DNA of 64,000 bases from an uncultured Actinomycetota bacterium (GCA_963720435.1 CAVRFR010000005.1:45748-109747); one strand, 5' to 3'. Counted from the first letter of the stretch, positions 39,537 through 51,842 are shown. Numbers and translations: made by a program. Notes: a model not told the origin generated them from the sequence alone.

Positions 39537-40124
39537 TCACCGGCCGTCTGGTTGCCGCGGCTGGTTCGCCCGGCGACCGACGGCCGCTTCGCTGACCGTC
39601 TGCTCGATGCGCCTTGCCCGGGTCTCCTCCCGCTTGGCCGACGAGATCCAGACGAGGATGGCGCGCCTCGGCGAGCGCGGGAACGAGTCCCAGTGCCTGC
39701 GAGCATCCGGGGACGCGTCCAGGGCGGCCCGCAGGTCGTCCGGCTCGCGGAGCGTCTCGACCTCGTCCAGCTGGGTCCAGCTGCCGTCCGCCTTCGCCCG
39801 GTCGACGGCGGCCACGCCGGCGGGCAGCATCCGGCCGTCGGCGGTGAGCTCCTCGAGGTGCTGCTTGTTGATCCGTGACCAGCCGCTCCCGGGCCGCCTC
39901 GGGACGACGAGAACCGCGCTGCGGTCGTCGTCGACCTTGCGTGCCTGCGCGTCGATCCAGCCGACGCAGAGCAGCTCCCTGACCACGTCCGGGTGCGACA
40001 CGTAGGGTCCGCGGCCCTTCTTCCAACGCACCAGCCACACCCCCGGAGCCGTCGCGTGGTGCGCGGCGAGCCACTCGCGCAGCTGCTCGGCCGAGCCGAC
40101 CTCCAGCTCCTCGTAGTCCTTCAT
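39537..40124 (-). CDS. YdeI/OmpD-associated family protein
   Basis: WLAAHH, LCVGWID, PRRPGSGWSRINK, EPDDLRAAL, AKREETRARRI. Confidence 0.85.
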   Translation of the reverse strand: MKDYEELEVGSAEQLREWLAAHHATAPGVWLVRWKKGRGPYVSHPDVVRELLCVGWIDAQARKVDDDRSAVLVVPRRPGSGWSRINKQHLEELTADGRMLPAGVAAVDRAKADGSWTQLDEVETLREPDDLRAALDASPDARRHWDSFPRSPRRAILVWISSAKREETRARRIEQTVSEAAVGRRANQPRQPDGR

Positions 40125-41423
40125 GCCAGTGCGTCCATCGGTCGGCGGTCCCGGGTGACGTGGGCGTACCAGAGGGCCGTCACGGCGTAGCCGAGCGCGA
40201 GGGCGACCAGGACGACGTACGACTTGCCGTCGTCGGGGAGCACGACGGCACCGACCGCTGCCGCGGCCACGAACGCGACGTTGAAGATCACGTCGTAGAT
40301 CGAGAACACCCGGCCGCGGAACACGTCGTCGACGTTCGTCTGGACGAGCGTGTCGACGACGATCTTGATGCCTTGGCTCGCCAGCCCGAGGAAGAAGCTC
40401 GTCGACGAGGAGGGCGGGCTCGGTGTACAGCGCACCGGGGAACACCTGCGCCACCGCGGCGACCGACCAGCAGGCCGAGCACCCAGGTCCGCGGCGCGAT
40501 CCGCTCGGTGACGACCGGCGTGACGACCGCGGCCACGATGAACCCGATGCCGGTGACGAGCACCGCCACCGACAGCTGCGCGAACGCCGCGTCGGTGTCG
40601 GCGTCGTCGTTGAAGTAGTTGCGGTAGAGCAGCACCGTCGCCAGCGCCGTGACGCCGTAGAAGAAGCGGTGTGCGCCGATCGCGGTCAGGCCGTACGCCG
40701 CCGGCCGCCGCGCGGACAGGTGACGCAGTCCGTCGACGAGGCCTCGCACGACGTGGCGGACCGCCTCACGCACCGCCGGAACCTCGGTGGCGAGGTCGGG
40801 ACCGAGCAGGTCACGGGGGATCCGCAGCGCCAGGGCTCCCGCGACGCCGTAGAGCACCGCGGCAGTCAGCAGCACCCCGACGTCGCCGTCAGCCCCGATG
40901 CCCCGCCAGCCGATCCGCGCCGCGGTGCCCAGCGCGAGACCGACGATGAACGCGAGCGTGCCCGCCGTGGGGGTGAGGGAGTTCGCGGTGATCAGGTCGT
41001 CCGGGTCGCACCACGTGCGGGCAGCGCCGCCGACAGCCCGGCGAGCAGGAAGCGGTTCACCGAGAGGCAGACCAGGATCAGTGCGAACAGCCCGGCGCCG
41101 CGCAGCCCGGAGTGCACCGCGACCGCGAGGAGCGCGACGAGCCCGACCCGCACGAAGTTGGACCACGCGAGCACCTGCCGCCGCGACCAGCGGTCGAGGA
41201 AGACCCCTGCGAACGGTCCGAGCACGCTGAAGGGCAGCAGCACGACGGCCAACGCCCCCGCGACCGCTCCCGGGCTGGGCGCCTGCTCCGGCGAGAACAC
41301 GACGTACGACGCGAGCGCCACCTGGAACACGCCGTCGGTGAGCTGGCTCGAGCACCGCACCGCGAACAGCCGACGGAACCACACCCCGCGCAGCAGGTGC
41401 AGCAGGTGGCGCAGCGCGGTCAT
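40121..41423 (-). CDS. MFS transporter (frameshifted)
   Basis: SQLTDGVFQ, GPFAGVFLDRWSRR, RGRVFSIYD; multiple TM segments. Confidence 0.85.
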
Positions 41424-41478
41424 GCGCTCATCCTGCGGCTCCGGCCGTCCGCGGTCGGTCCGCCGCGCGCTCGGCGGC

Positions 41479-42564
41479 TCAGCGCTCCGACCGTCGCTCC
41501 GTCGCGATGAACGCCTCGAGCTTCGCGCGGCCCAGGTCGTCGGCCATCTGCACCGGCGGCGACTTCATCAGGTAGGTCGACGCGGACAGGATCGGGCCGC
41601 CGATGCCACGGTCGAGCGCGATCTTGGCGGCCCGGACCGCGTCGATGATGATGCCGGCACTGTTGGGGGAGTCCCAGACCTCGAGCTTGTACTCCATGTT
41701 CAGCGGCACGTCGCCGAACGCGCGGCCCTCGAGGCGGACGTAGGCCCACTTGCGGTCGTCGAGCCACTGCACGTAGTCGGACGGGCCGATGTGCACGTTG
41801 CGGCTGCCCAGGTCGTGCTTGAGGTTCGAGGTGACGGACTGCGTCTTGGAGATCTTCTTCGACTGCAGCCGCTCGCGCTCGAGCATGTTCTTGAAGTCCA
41901 TGTTGCCGCCGACGTTGAGCTGGTAGGTGCGGTCCAGCACCACGCCACGGTCCTCGAACAGCTTGGCCAGCACCCGGTGGGTGATGGTCGCGCCGACCTG
42001 CGACTTGATGTCGTCGCCGACGATCGGGATGCCGGCGTCCTCGAACCGCTTCGCCCAGACGGGGTCGGAGGCGATGAACACCGGCAGCGCGTTGACGAAG
42101 GCCACCCCGGCCTCGATCGCGCACTGCGCGTAGAACTTGTCGGCGTCCTCGGAGCCCACCGGCAGGTAGGAGACCAGCACGTCGGCGCCGGACTCCTTGA
42201 GCGCCGCGACCACGTCGACCGGGTCGGCGTCGGACTCGTCGATGGTCTCGCGGTAGTACTTCCCGAGGCCGTCGTACGTCGGACCGCGCTGCACGGTGAT
42301 GCCGAGCGGCGGCACGTCGGTGATCTTGATGGTGTTGTTCTCGGAGTTGTTGATCGCCTCGGACAGGTCGAAGCCGACCTTCTTGGCGTCCACGTCGAAC
42401 GCGGCGACGAACTCCACGTCACCGACGTGGTACTCGCCGAACTCGACGTGCATGAGCCCCGGCACCGACCCGGCGGGATCGGCGTTCCGGTAGTACTCCA
42501 CGCCTTGGATGAGGGAGGTCGCGCAGTTGCCGACCCCCGCGATTGCTACTCGAACCGAACCCAT
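41479..42564 (-). CDS. ino1: myo-inositol-1-phosphate synthase
   Basis: [38 protein letters not shown]. Confidence 0.96.
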   Translation of the reverse strand: MGSVRVAIAGVGNCATSLIQGVEYYRNADPAGSVPGLMHVEFGEYHVGDVEFVAAFDVDAKKVGFDLSEAINNSENNTIKITDVPPLGITVQRGPTYDGLGKYYRETIDESDADPVDVVAALKESGADVLVSYLPVGSEDADKFYAQCAIEAGVAFVNALPVFIASDPVWAKRFEDAGIPIVGDDIKSQVGATITHRVLAKLFEDRGVVLDRTYQLNVGGNMDFKNMLERERLQSKKISKTQSVTSNLKHDLGSRNVHIGPSDYVQWLDDRKWAYVRLEGRAFGDVPLNMEYKLEVWDSPNSAGIIIDAVRAAKIALDRGIGGPILSASTYLMKSPPVQMADDLGRAKLEAFIATERRSER

Positions 42565-42568
42565 CGCG

Positions 42569-43284
42569 CTATCTCCTCGGCTTGTCGGTCGTCTTGCGTG
42601 TTTTCGATGACTTGGCTGTCTTGGTTGCTGCAGCCTTGGTGGTCTTGCGTGGCTTGGCGGTGGTGGTCGCGGTCGCCTCGGTCGTGTCGATGGCGACCTC
42701 GATCGGGGCCACCTCGAGAGCCGCGGCGGCGGACTGCTCGCCGTAGCGCTCGGCGTTGATCAGCTCGGAGAGCCAGCGCACCTCGCGCCTCGACCGACTC
42801 CATGCCGTGGCGCTGCAGCTCCATCGCGTAGCGGTCCAGCTGCTGCTGGGTCTTCGGCGAGCTGGTGCTGCACGCGGTCGAGCCGCTCCTGCAGCCGGCT
42901 GCGTCTGCCCTCCAGGATCCGCAGCCTGGCCTCGATGTCGGTGCGGCTGAAGAACAGGAACCGCACGTCGAAGGTGTCGTCCTCCCACGCGGAGGGGCCG
43001 ACGTCGGCCATCAGGCTGGTGAAGCGGGCCTCGCCAGCGGGCGTGAGCTCGTAGACGATCCGCTGCCGGCGGCTGACGGCCCCGGGCTCGGGAGCGGCCA
43101 CGTGCTCGGCGATCCAGCCGGCCTTGAGCATCTTCTTCAGGGCCGGGTAGAGCGAGCCGTAGGACAGCAGCCGGCTCCAGCCGAGCACCCCGTTGACCTG
43201 CTTGCGGAGCTCGTAGCCGTGCATGGGTGACTCGTGCAGCAGCCCGAGGACTGCCAGCTCGAGGGTCTCGCCACGCCGTGACAC
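42569..43284 (-). CDS. PadR-family regulator, Rv0047c-like (frameshifted)
   Basis: [40 protein letters not shown]; upstream of ino1. Confidence 0.88.
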
Positions 43285-43332
43285 TGGTGGCGCCACCCCT
43301 TTCGATGTCTCGACGACGCCTATCGTGCAAAC

Positions 43333-43351
43333 ATATCGCACCGATATATCG
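43333..43351. promoter_or_regulatory. Overlapping palindromes upstream of padR-ino1, likely operator
   Basis: ATATCG-CAC-CGATAT overlapping CGATATATCG in an AT-richer intergenic region. Confidence 0.55.
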
Positions 43352-43468
43352 AAGTAGCAAACCGACGCGCTGTGAGGCCGCACACGAGTGAGCCGACCCG
43401 GGTCTCGACGCGTCGGCCCCGTACTCTGTTCGGGCCTGCCCCCGTTCGCCGACCAGGAGTCGACACCC

Positions 43469-45769
43469 GTGAGCCCTGAGCGCAAAGCGTCTTCCTCCGG
43501 GTCCTCGGGTGGCAGTGGCACGCGCAGGCCACCGGGCGCTCCGGGCGCCAAGAAGACCGCCCAGAAGCCCGGGTCGAAGCGGGGCAAAAGGGCCAGCCTT
43601 CCCCGGCGGCTGCTCAAGTGGGCCGCGCTGGGGCTGCTGGCGTTCTTGTTGCTGGCGGGGACAGCGTTCGCGATCGGCTACGCCTCCACCGACATCCCGG
43701 ACCCGAACGAGGACTTCACGGCCCAGACCACGTTCGTCTACTACGCCGACGGCCACAACGTCATCGGCCGGTTCGCCAGCCAGAACCGCACGAGCGTGCC
43801 GCTCTCCGACGTACCCCGCCACGTCCAGGACGCGGTGATCGCCGCCGAGGACCAGCACGTTCTACACCAACCAGGGGATCGACCCGAAGGGCATCGTCCG
43901 CGCCGCGTTCAGCAACGCGCAGGGCAACTCCACCCAGGGCGCCTCGACGATCACCCAGCAGTACGTCAAGGTCTTCTACCTCTCGCAGGAGCGCACGTTC
44001 ACCCGCAAGGTCAAGGAGGCGTTCGTCTCCTTGAAGCTGCAGCGGCAGACGTCGAAGGACGAGATCCTGCAGGGCTACCTGAACACCATCTACTTCGGCC
44101 GCGGCGCCTACGGCATCGAGGCCGCGGCGCACGCCTACTTCGACAAGGACGCCAAGGACCTCAACGTCGCAGAGGGGGCGGTGCTGGCCTCGGTGCTCAA
44201 CTCGCCGACCGCGCTCGACCCGGCGGGCGGTGCCGACAACAAGCAGCGTCTGCTCGGTCGCTACCAGTACGTCTTGAACGGCATGGCCTCGGCGGGCGAC
44301 ATCACCGCCGCCAAGGCCGAGCGGCTGAGCCGGAAGCTGCCGAAGTTCCCGAAGATCGAGAGGGACAACCAGTACGGCGGCCAGAAGGGACACATGCTGG
44401 CGCTGGTGCGCAAGCAGCTGCTCGCGAAGGGCTTCACCGAGGAGCAGATCTCCCGCGGTGGGCTGAAGGTGACGACGACGTTCACCCAGAACGCGATGCG
44501 CGCGGCCAAGCAGGCCGTGCTGGACCAGAAGCCCAAGGGCCTCAAGCAGCTGCACGTCGCCGTCGCCACCGTGGACCCGCAGACCGGTGCGCTGCGGGGC
44601 ATGTACGGCGGCCAGGACTACCTCAAGAGCCAGATCAACTGGGCGGTCGCCGGCGGCTCACCGGGGTCGGCGTTCAAGCCGTTCGCGCTCACCGCCGGTA
44701 TCGAGGACGGCTACTCGCTCAAGAGCACCTTCCAGGGCAACTCGCCCTACACCTTCCCGGACGGGGTCGGCACGGTCGTCAACGAAGGGCCTGGCGACGG
44801 CAACGACTACGGCTCGCGCATCTCTCTGACCAAGGCGACCCAGGACTCGGTCAACACCGCCTACGCCGACCTCACCGCCTCGATGGACAACGGGCCGCAG
44901 AAGATCATGGACACCGCGGTGAAGATGGGCATCCCGCGTGACGCACCCGGCCTGAAGCCCTATCCCGGGCATCGCGCTCGGCTCGGCCACCATCAGCCCG
45001 ATCGACATGGCGAACGGCTACGGCACGATCGCCGACGGCGGCAAGGCCAAGAAGTGGTACGTCATCGACAAGGTGACCGACAGCAACGGTCGTCGCGAGT
45101 ACAAGGTCCCCGACACCACCAAGCGCGCGGTGCCGTACGACATCGACACGCGACGTCAGCTACGCGCTCCAGCAGGTGGTGCAGGGCGGCACCGGGCAGA
45201 ACGCGCTCGCGCTCGGCCGGCCGGCGGCCGGCAAGACCGGCACCGCCACCAACGAGGACGGCGACGTCTCGTCATCGTGGTTCGTCGGGTACACGCCGCA
45301 GCTCGCGACCGCCGTGATGTACGTGCGTGGTGACGGCAACGACGCGCTCAACGGCTACATGCCGTCGTACTTCGGTGCGGACTACCCGACCCGGACCTGG
45401 ACCGAGGCGATGCGCGAGACGCTCGACGACATCCCGATCGAGCAGTTCCCGCCGCCGGCGAACGTCGCGGAGAAGCGCGACGACCACGAGCCGCTGCCGA
45501 CGTTCACCCCGAAGCCGACGCCGACCAAGACCGAGGAACCCAAGCCGTCCAAGTCCCCGTCGCGCGCTCCCCGTCGAGCTCGCCTCCGCCCAGCTCGCCT
45601 CCGCCCAGCTCCCAGTCGCCGCCCAGCCCGCCGCCGAGCTCCAACAGCCGGTCCGCTGCCCAACCCGGGCAACGGTGACCCGGGCGGCGGTGGCGATCCG
45701 GGTGGCGGACGACAACGGAGCCGAACGGGCCCCGGGCCGGGCGGCGCGCAGAACCCCGACACCGGATGA
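43469..45769 (+). CDS. ponA: Class A penicillin-binding protein, PonA1-like (frameshifted)
   Basis: AAED, QGASTITQQYVK, YLNTIYFGRGAYGI; GSAFK, SVN, KTG motifs; Pro/Ser-rich tail. Confidence 0.92.
45577..45641. repeat. Degenerate 15-bp tandem repeat in the ponA tail (Ser/Pro-rich)
   Basis: AGCTCGCCTCCGCCC twice, then degenerate copies. Confidence 0.6.
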
Positions 45770-47176
45770 TCGCGCGGCCGACCCGGGACGACCCGCTCGT
45801 GAGGGCGGCCAGCGAGAGCATCGGCGGGCCGGTCGGTGACCACGCCGAGCCGCACCGGTGGTGGACGCCGGTCCGGGTGGTGCTTGCGCGTGACGACGGT
45901 CGCGCTGCTGCTCGGCATGGCACAGAAGACGCCGTGCGTGCACGACGACTGGCAGAGCAACAAGGTCCAGTACGGCGCCATGTGCTACTCCGACGTGACC
46001 TACCTCTACACCGGGCGAGGGCTCGCCGCCGGCTACGGCCCGTACTCCGACACCGGCGGGCGCTACTCGGCGATGGAGTACCCCGTCGTGATCGGCTACT
46101 TCGCCTACGGCGCCGCGCTGGTCACTCGAGCCCTCGGCGACACCCCCGACACCTCCGGCGCGGGCCGAGGTCAGCGCCGACCAGATCTACTCCCAGCCCG
46201 GGGTCGCGGCAGGAGGCCACCCGGTACTTCCGGGTGACAGCGGTGCTGCTGGCGCCGTTCGGCCTGCTGGCCGCGTGGTTCCTGGCCGGGGTGCACCGCC
46301 GACGACCGTGGGACGCGATGCTCTTCGCCGCCTCGCCGGCGCTGGTGCTGGCAGGGCTGATCAACTGGGACCTCATCGCGGTCGCCGCCGTGACCGGTGC
46401 GCTGTGGGCGTGGTCGCGTGGCAGGCCGGTGCTCACCGGGGTCCTCATCGGGCTGGGCACCGCGACCAAGCTCTACCCGTTGTTCTTGCTCGGCGCCCTG
46501 CTGGTGGTCTGCCTGCGACGCCGGCGGATCCAGGCGTTCGGCGTCGCCGCCGGCGGCCGCGGCCGGGACCTGGCTGCTGGTCAACCTGCCGGCGATGCTC
46601 ACTCGGCTTCGACCAGTGGAAGGTGTTCTGGAGCTACAACCGCAGGTCGCGGCGCGGACCTCGGCTCACTGTGGCTGGTGTGGGAGCAGGCCGGCCACTC
46701 CGTGAGCTCGCACACGGTCAACATCGGCTCGCTGGTGTTCTTCGGCTGCGGTCTGCGTCGGCGTCCTCGTGCTCGGGCTGCGCGCCCGTCGTACCCCTCG
46801 GATCGCGCAGCTCGCCTACCTCGTGGTCGTCGGGTTCCTGCTCGTCAACAAGGTCTACTCGCCGCAGTACGTCCTCTGGCTGCTGCCGCTCGTCCTGCTC
46901 GCCCGGCCGCGTTGGCGCGACGTGCTGATCTGGACGGCCGGCGAGGTCTTCTACTTCGGCACCGTGTGGCTCTACCTCGGCGGCTGGACGGCCTCGGCGA
47001 CCAGCGGTGCACAGGACCACTTCTACTGGCTCGGGATCTTCGTCCGCATCGCCGTCGAGCTGTACATCGCGGTGCTGGTGGTGCGCGACATCCTGCAGCC
47101 CTGGCGCGACCCGGTGCGCTCCGACGGCATCACCGACGACCCGGCCGAGCCGACCGCGGAGCCGGTGCCGGTCTAG
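45766..47176 (+). CDS. GT87/DUF2029 membrane glycosyltransferase (frameshifted)
   Basis: MCYSD, EYPV, INWDL, ATKLYP, NKVYSPQYVLWL. Confidence 0.85.
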
Positions 47177-48258
47177 GCGCTGACGACCGTCTCGTCGAAC
47201 GAGGTGGCGGTGAAGCGGACCCGGACCTCCACCTCGTCGCCGACCTCGGGGACCCGCGCCCCGCTGGGCAGGAACAGCATCGAGGCCTGCATGTGCGGCG
47301 GTTCGGCGAACAGCCGCAGCTTCCCGTCGATGGTGTACGGCGACCGCACGAACCCCGCCGCGTCGAGGCCGCCCTTCGCGATGCGGGCCGCCCGGTCGCG
47401 CAGCGTCGCGCCGCCGGTCGGCGCCTCGAGGCCGATGCCGTGCGCCGTGCCCCCGGCCACGACGAGGATGGTGCCGGCGGCGGGCGCGGTGCGGCTGCGG
47501 TAGCCGAACACGTCGCCGCGCTCGACGGGGTGCACGTCGAGGACCGTCGCACACACCCGCAGGGCGCCGCGGTCGCCGAGCCAGAGCTGGGTGCCGATGC
47601 GCGGGCGGAACTCGAAGTCGGGGTAGGACTGCCGCAGCTCGCCGAGCTCGGCGTCGCTGAGGTGCGAGACGTAGACGCGCCTGGTCGGCAGGCCGGCCGC
47701 GACCACGTCGGTCATCAGCCGGTGCATCTCGGTGAGGTGCGAGCCCTTGGTGCGCTCGGTCGAGCTCGTCGACGCCATGGGCAGGTGCATCGCCACGCCC
47801 TCGACCGCGACCCCGCCGTCGGTCCGCTTGGTGAAGGACGCCGCCTCGCGCAGGTCGCGCGCGGAGAAGCCGTGCCGGCGCATCGACGTCAGCCGCTCGA
47901 GCACGACGCGCGGCCGCCCGTCACGCTCGGCGATCGCGCGCAGGTCGTCGAGCCGGCCGACGGTGTGGACGACGTGCGGCTCGAAGACGGCGCGGGTCTC
48001 GAACGGCCGCCACGGGCTGAGCACCATCACCGAGCCGCCGGAGGGCCCGCAGAACCCGGCGGCAGCCGTGACCACCTCGCCGTAGGTCCCGACCGCGACG
48101 GTGTCGACGCCGAGCGACGCGGACCGCGACGCGAGCCGCTCGATCCCGAAGCCGTAGCCGTTGCCCTTGAGCACCGGCACGATGCCCGGGTGCGAGTCGC
48201 GGACCTGCTCCAGGTGGGCGCGCCAGCGGGCGCCGTCGACGTACAGGGTCAGTGGCAT
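47173..48258 (-). CDS. Alanine-racemase-like PLP enzyme (fold type III)
   Basis: VPVLKGNGYGFG PLP-Lys motif, RPRIGT, GDVFGY, EPPHMQ. Confidence 0.82.
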   Translation of the reverse strand: MPLTLYVDGARWRAHLEQVRDSHPGIVPVLKGNGYGFGIERLASRSASLGVDTVAVGTYGEVVTAAAGFCGPSGGSVMVLSPWRPFETRAVFEPHVVHTVGRLDDLRAIAERDGRPRVVLERLTSMRRHGFSARDLREAASFTKRTDGGVAVEGVAMHLPMASTSSTERTKGSHLTEMHRLMTDVVAAGLPTRRVYVSHLSDAELGELRQSYPDFEFRPRIGTQLWLGDRGALRVCATVLDVHPVERGDVFGYRSRTAPAAGTILVVAGGTAHGIGLEAPTGGATLRDRAARIAKGGLDAAGFVRSPYTIDGKLRLFAEPPHMQASMLFLPSGARVPEVGDEVEVRVRFTATSFDETVVSA

Positions 48259-48271
48259 CCGATCCCCCAGC

Positions 48272-49437
48272 TCACCGGCGCGCCATGTAGAGCGAGAACG
48301 CCTTGTAGAGCAGCGGGTTGAGGGGCAGGTCCCACTCGCCGGCGTACTCGACGGCCTCGCCGCCGGTGCCGGCCTTGAAGCGGATCAGCCCGACGTGCGA
48401 GTCGTCGGGGTCGAGGGTGTCGGTGATGCCGCGCAGGTCGTAGACCTCGGCACCTTCCGCGAGCGCGTCGCGGATCATCTGCCACTGGGCGGCGTTGGAG
48501 CCGCGGACGTCGCGCTTCTCGGTGGAGGAGGCGCCGTAGGAGTACCAGGTGTGCCCGCCGACCTTGACCAGCACGGTCGCCGCGACCAGGTCGCCCTCGT
48601 GCCTGGCGAGGTAGAGCCGGATCCGGTCGGGCTCCTCGGACAGCAGCGAGGAGAACATCGTCGTGAAGTACCCCAGCGGCCGCGGCGTGAAGTGGTCGCG
48701 CTCCGCGGTGTGCGCGTAGAGGTCGTGGAAGGCCTTGAGGTCCGCGTCGAGCTGCTCGCGCTCCGAGACGCTGACCTCGACGCCGGCCTTCGCCGCCTTC
48801 TTGATGTTGCGTCGCCACTGCTGGTTCATCCCTGCGAGCACGTCGTCCTCGGACCGCGCCGTGCCGTCGGCGTTGCGAAGCGGGACCCAGAAGTTGTACT
48901 GCGGCTGGCCGGCCGCGAACCCGCTCCTCGACGCCCTGGTGGCGCCAGCCGAGCTCCTGCAGCTGGGAGACGACGCGGGCGCCGCTCTGCGACCGCTCGG
49001 TGGGTGGCACGTCGTCGAGCCGTCGCACCGCGTCGTCGGCGATGCCCTGCTTGACCGCGGCCGCGTCCCACCGTCGGGTCACCACGGGCGGTCCCATCCG
49101 GATGCCGAACGCGCCGGCCTGCTTGAGATGACGCACCATCGGGTTCAGCCACGCCCGCAGGTCCTCGGCCTCCCAGTCGACCACCGGCCCCTCGGGCAGG
49201 TAGGCCAGGGAGCGCTTGAGCCTCGGCAGCTGCCGGTAGAGCACCAGCCCGACCCCCAGCGAGCTCGTCGGACCCGGAGCGGGACCAGCCGATCGACTCG
49301 CGCCGCCACTCGCTCTTGACCTCGCCCCAGGCGGGGGTCTGCAGGAAGCTGGCCGAGCCGCCCCGCTCCGCCACGGCCCGCAGATGGTCCCGGTGCTGCT
49401 CCGGGGTGATCGTGCGGACCGTCAGCGGTTGGCTCAC
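48272..49437 (-). CDS. FemX/FemAB-family lipid II aminoacyltransferase (frameshifted)
   Basis: SFLQTPAWGEVK, LAYLPEGP, QQWRRNIKKA, WYSYGAS, YDLRGI, GLIRFKAG. Confidence 0.9.
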
Positions 49438-49447
49438 GCTGCCGACC

Positions 49448-50291
49448 CTAACGGGGTGTCAGGGCGTCCAGGACCTGCACCGTGCGGCGCCAGGCCTCGG
49501 TCGACGGGTCGATGAGCGCGAAGTGGTCACCGGGCACGACCAGGAGCTCGGCGTCGTCTCCGGCGTCGCGCGCGGCGTCGACGAAGGCCTGGCTCTGCGA
49601 GAGCGGCACGGTGGTGTCGTCGCGACCGTGCACACAACGGATCGGCACACCGATCGGCAGCCGCCGCATCGGGTCGGCCTGCTGGTAGCGGTCGGGGACC
49701 CGCGACGGCAACCCTCCGACGAGGTCCGGCACCGCGGTTCCGCCGAGGCCGGACGTCGCTGCCGAGGCCAGGTCCAGGACACCGGCCTGCGGCACCGTCG
49801 CGGTGACGTGCACCCGCGGCGGTCCGCCGGGCAGGGCCGAGCCGCGTCGCGAGGCGGCCCAGGCAGCGAGGTGACCGCCCGCGGAGTGCCCGAGCGTGAC
49901 GACGTGGTCCGGTCGGCGCGTCGAGCTCAGACAGGTGGTCGACGGCCGCGGCGACGTCGGCGAAGGTCGCGGGCCAGCCGCCGCCGTTCCCGAGCCGGCG
50001 GTACTCGATGTTCCAGGCGGCCCAGCCGCGCTTGGCGAGGTCGGCGCTGGTGGCGGCGCCGAGACCCAGGGAGTAGCTGCTCTGCCAGAAGCCGCCGTGG
50101 ATGACCACGACAGTTCCTCGCGGCGATCCGCCATCGGGCAGGTAGAGGTCGCCGTACTGTGCGCGGCGCTTGCCGTAGCGGTGGCGCACCGGCTTCGGAG
50201 TGCCCGGTGCCGGCTCGGGCGCCGGATCGGCGCACCCGGTCAGCGCTGCGAGCGCCCCGGCACCCGCGACGAGCACCGAGCGGCGGCTCAT
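49448..50291 (-). CDS. Alpha/beta hydrolase, probable Tat lipoprotein (frameshift near 49915)
   Basis: MSRRSVL...LTGC signal and lipobox; HGGFW, GHSAGG, HGRDD, GDH. Confidence 0.82.
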
Positions 50292-50305
50292 CGCGGGGTC
50301 GTGGC

Positions 50306-51106
50306 TCACACTCGCTCGCGCAGGAAGGCGAAGTCCGCCTTGTGCTCGTCGGGGCCGCCGGGCGTCTCGCACACCACGGGCGCACCGGCGTCGCGGACGA
50401 CCGCGGCGAGGGCGTCGGGGTCGATGTGGCCGTGGCCGAAGTTGGCGTGCCGGTCGGCGCCGGAGCCGAACTCGTCGCGGCTGTCGTTGCAGTGCACCAG
50501 GTCGACCTTGCCGGTGATCTTCACGACGTCCTCGACGACGTCGGCCAGGTCGTTGCCGCCGGCGTGCGCGTGGCAGGTGTCGAGGCAGAAGCCGACCATG
50601 TCGAAGCCGTCGGCGGCCGAGATCGCCTCCCACAGCCGAGCGATCCGGTCGAGCTGGCGGGTCATCGCGTTGTCGCCGCCCGCGGTGTTCTCGATGAGCA
50701 GCGGCACCTTGATGTCGGTCGCCTCGACGGCCTTGCGCCAGTTGTCGAAGCCCTTGGCGGGGTCGTCGTCCTTGTCGACGTGCCCGCCGTGCACGATCAG
50801 GCCCTTGGCGCCGATCGCGGCAGCCGCGTCCATGTGCTGCTGCAGCAGCTTGCGGCTGGGGATGCGGATGCGGTTGTTCGTGGTGGCGACGTTGACGAGG
50901 TACGGCGAGTGGACGTAGAGGTCCATGCCGGCGCTCTCGGCGGCCGCTCGCAGGGCGTCGGCGCCGCCGTCGTAGCGGATCTCGGGGCCTTTGTAGCCCT
51001 GCGGGTTGCCGAGGAAGAACTGCACCAGGTCCGCGTCGCGGGACGTGGCCTCGGCGATGGGGTCGGTCTGGTCGACGTGGGCGCCGATCCTGAGCTCTGC
51101 AGCCAT
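50306..51106 (-). CDS. nfo: Endonuclease IV
   Basis: IGAHV, VHSPYLVN, IENTAG, CLDTCH, HCNDS, DRH, CETP. Confidence 0.92.
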   Translation of the reverse strand: MAAELRIGAHVDQTDPIAEATSRDADLVQFFLGNPQGYKGPEIRYDGGADALRAAAESAGMDLYVHSPYLVNVATTNNRIRIPSRKLLQQHMDAAAAIGAKGLIVHGGHVDKDDDPAKGFDNWRKAVEATDIKVPLLIENTAGGDNAMTRQLDRIARLWEAISAADGFDMVGFCLDTCHAHAGGNDLADVVEDVVKITGKVDLVHCNDSRDEFGSGADRHANFGHGHIDPDALAAVVRDAGAPVVCETPGGPDEHKADFAFLRERV

Positions 51107-51116
51107 GCTCACCACA

Positions 51117-51653
51117 CTACGACCGGGTTCTGACATGGGTCAGCGGTCGAGGTCGACGCGTCTCGTTGTCACCCTCGAAGCGCCGCCCCGTCATCTTCGC
51201 CTTGACGAGGTTCACCAGCTGGGTCACCTTGCTGCCCGGGGAGTCCCAGTACTCGGCGCCGTCCGCGTCGACACGGATCAAGACGTTGTTCGGGTTGTCC
51301 GGCCCGCCCTCGAGCCAGGCGTCGGTGAAGGTGCCCCAGAGCTCCTCGAGCTTCGCCTGGTCGTCCACGACCTCGGCCGTGCCGGACAGCGAGACCCACG
51401 AGCTGCTCCCCGCGTAGGCGACGTTCACCCGAGGCTCCCGCGAGAGGTTGCGGACCTTCTCGGAGTCCCGCTCCGCGATGAAGCACACGTCGCCATCGAA
51501 CTCGACGTCCTGGGTCGCCATCGGCTTGCTGATCAGCCGGCCGTCCGAGTCGACGCTGGTCAGCATGGCCAGCCGGGTCTTCTTGATCAGGTCCTTGACC
51601 TTCTCCGGGTCCTGGTCCTGGTCCTGTGTCTGGGTCTGGGTCTGCTCCGTCAT
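51117..51653 (-). CDS. Pyridoxamine 5'-phosphate oxidase-like general stress protein (3' end approximate)
   Basis: AMLT, SKPMATQ, WVSLSGTA, AEYWDSPG; N-terminal QT/QD 6-nt microrepeat. Confidence 0.82.
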   Translation of the reverse strand: MTEQTQTQTQDQDQDPEKVKDLIKKTRLAMLTSVDSDGRLISKPMATQDVEFDGDVCFIAERDSEKVRNLSREPRVNVAYAGSSSWVSLSGTAEVVDDQAKLEELWGTFTDAWLEGGPDNPNNVLIRVDADGAEYWDSPGSKVTQLVNLVKAKMTGRRFEGDNETRRPRPLTHVRTRS

Positions 51654-51789
51654 GGGGCCCATGTCCCCGCTGTCGAGCGCCTCATGCCCCTGTGGACGAC
51701 GATTTCTGCGGTGGGCGGCCCGCTGGTAGCGTGGCCCGCGTTCGACGCCGGCCCGAGCCAAGAGCGGAGCCGAGCGCTACACGCACAGT

Positions 51790-51832
51790 CCTCCTGCCAC
51801 GGAGACGCCGTGGCCGCCTAGTCCGAAGGAGG
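51790..51832 (+). promoter_or_regulatory. rpsF leader RNA, S6:S18 autoregulatory structure
   Basis: CCTCCT pairs with SD AGGAGG around an inner hairpin GCCACGG/CCGTGGC and a CCG-containing internal loop. Confidence 0.7.
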
Positions 51833-51842
51833 TGGAGACCGC

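Noticed and set aside
39537-40454. Apparent MFS-YdeI fusion ORF
   Set aside because: Off-frame read-through; the MFS stop and YdeI start overlap normally at 40121-40124
51607-51648. 6-nt microsatellite (QTQTQTQDQDQD) as a phase-variation tract
   Set aside because: Unit length keeps the frame and copies are degenerate; likely a low-complexity N-terminus
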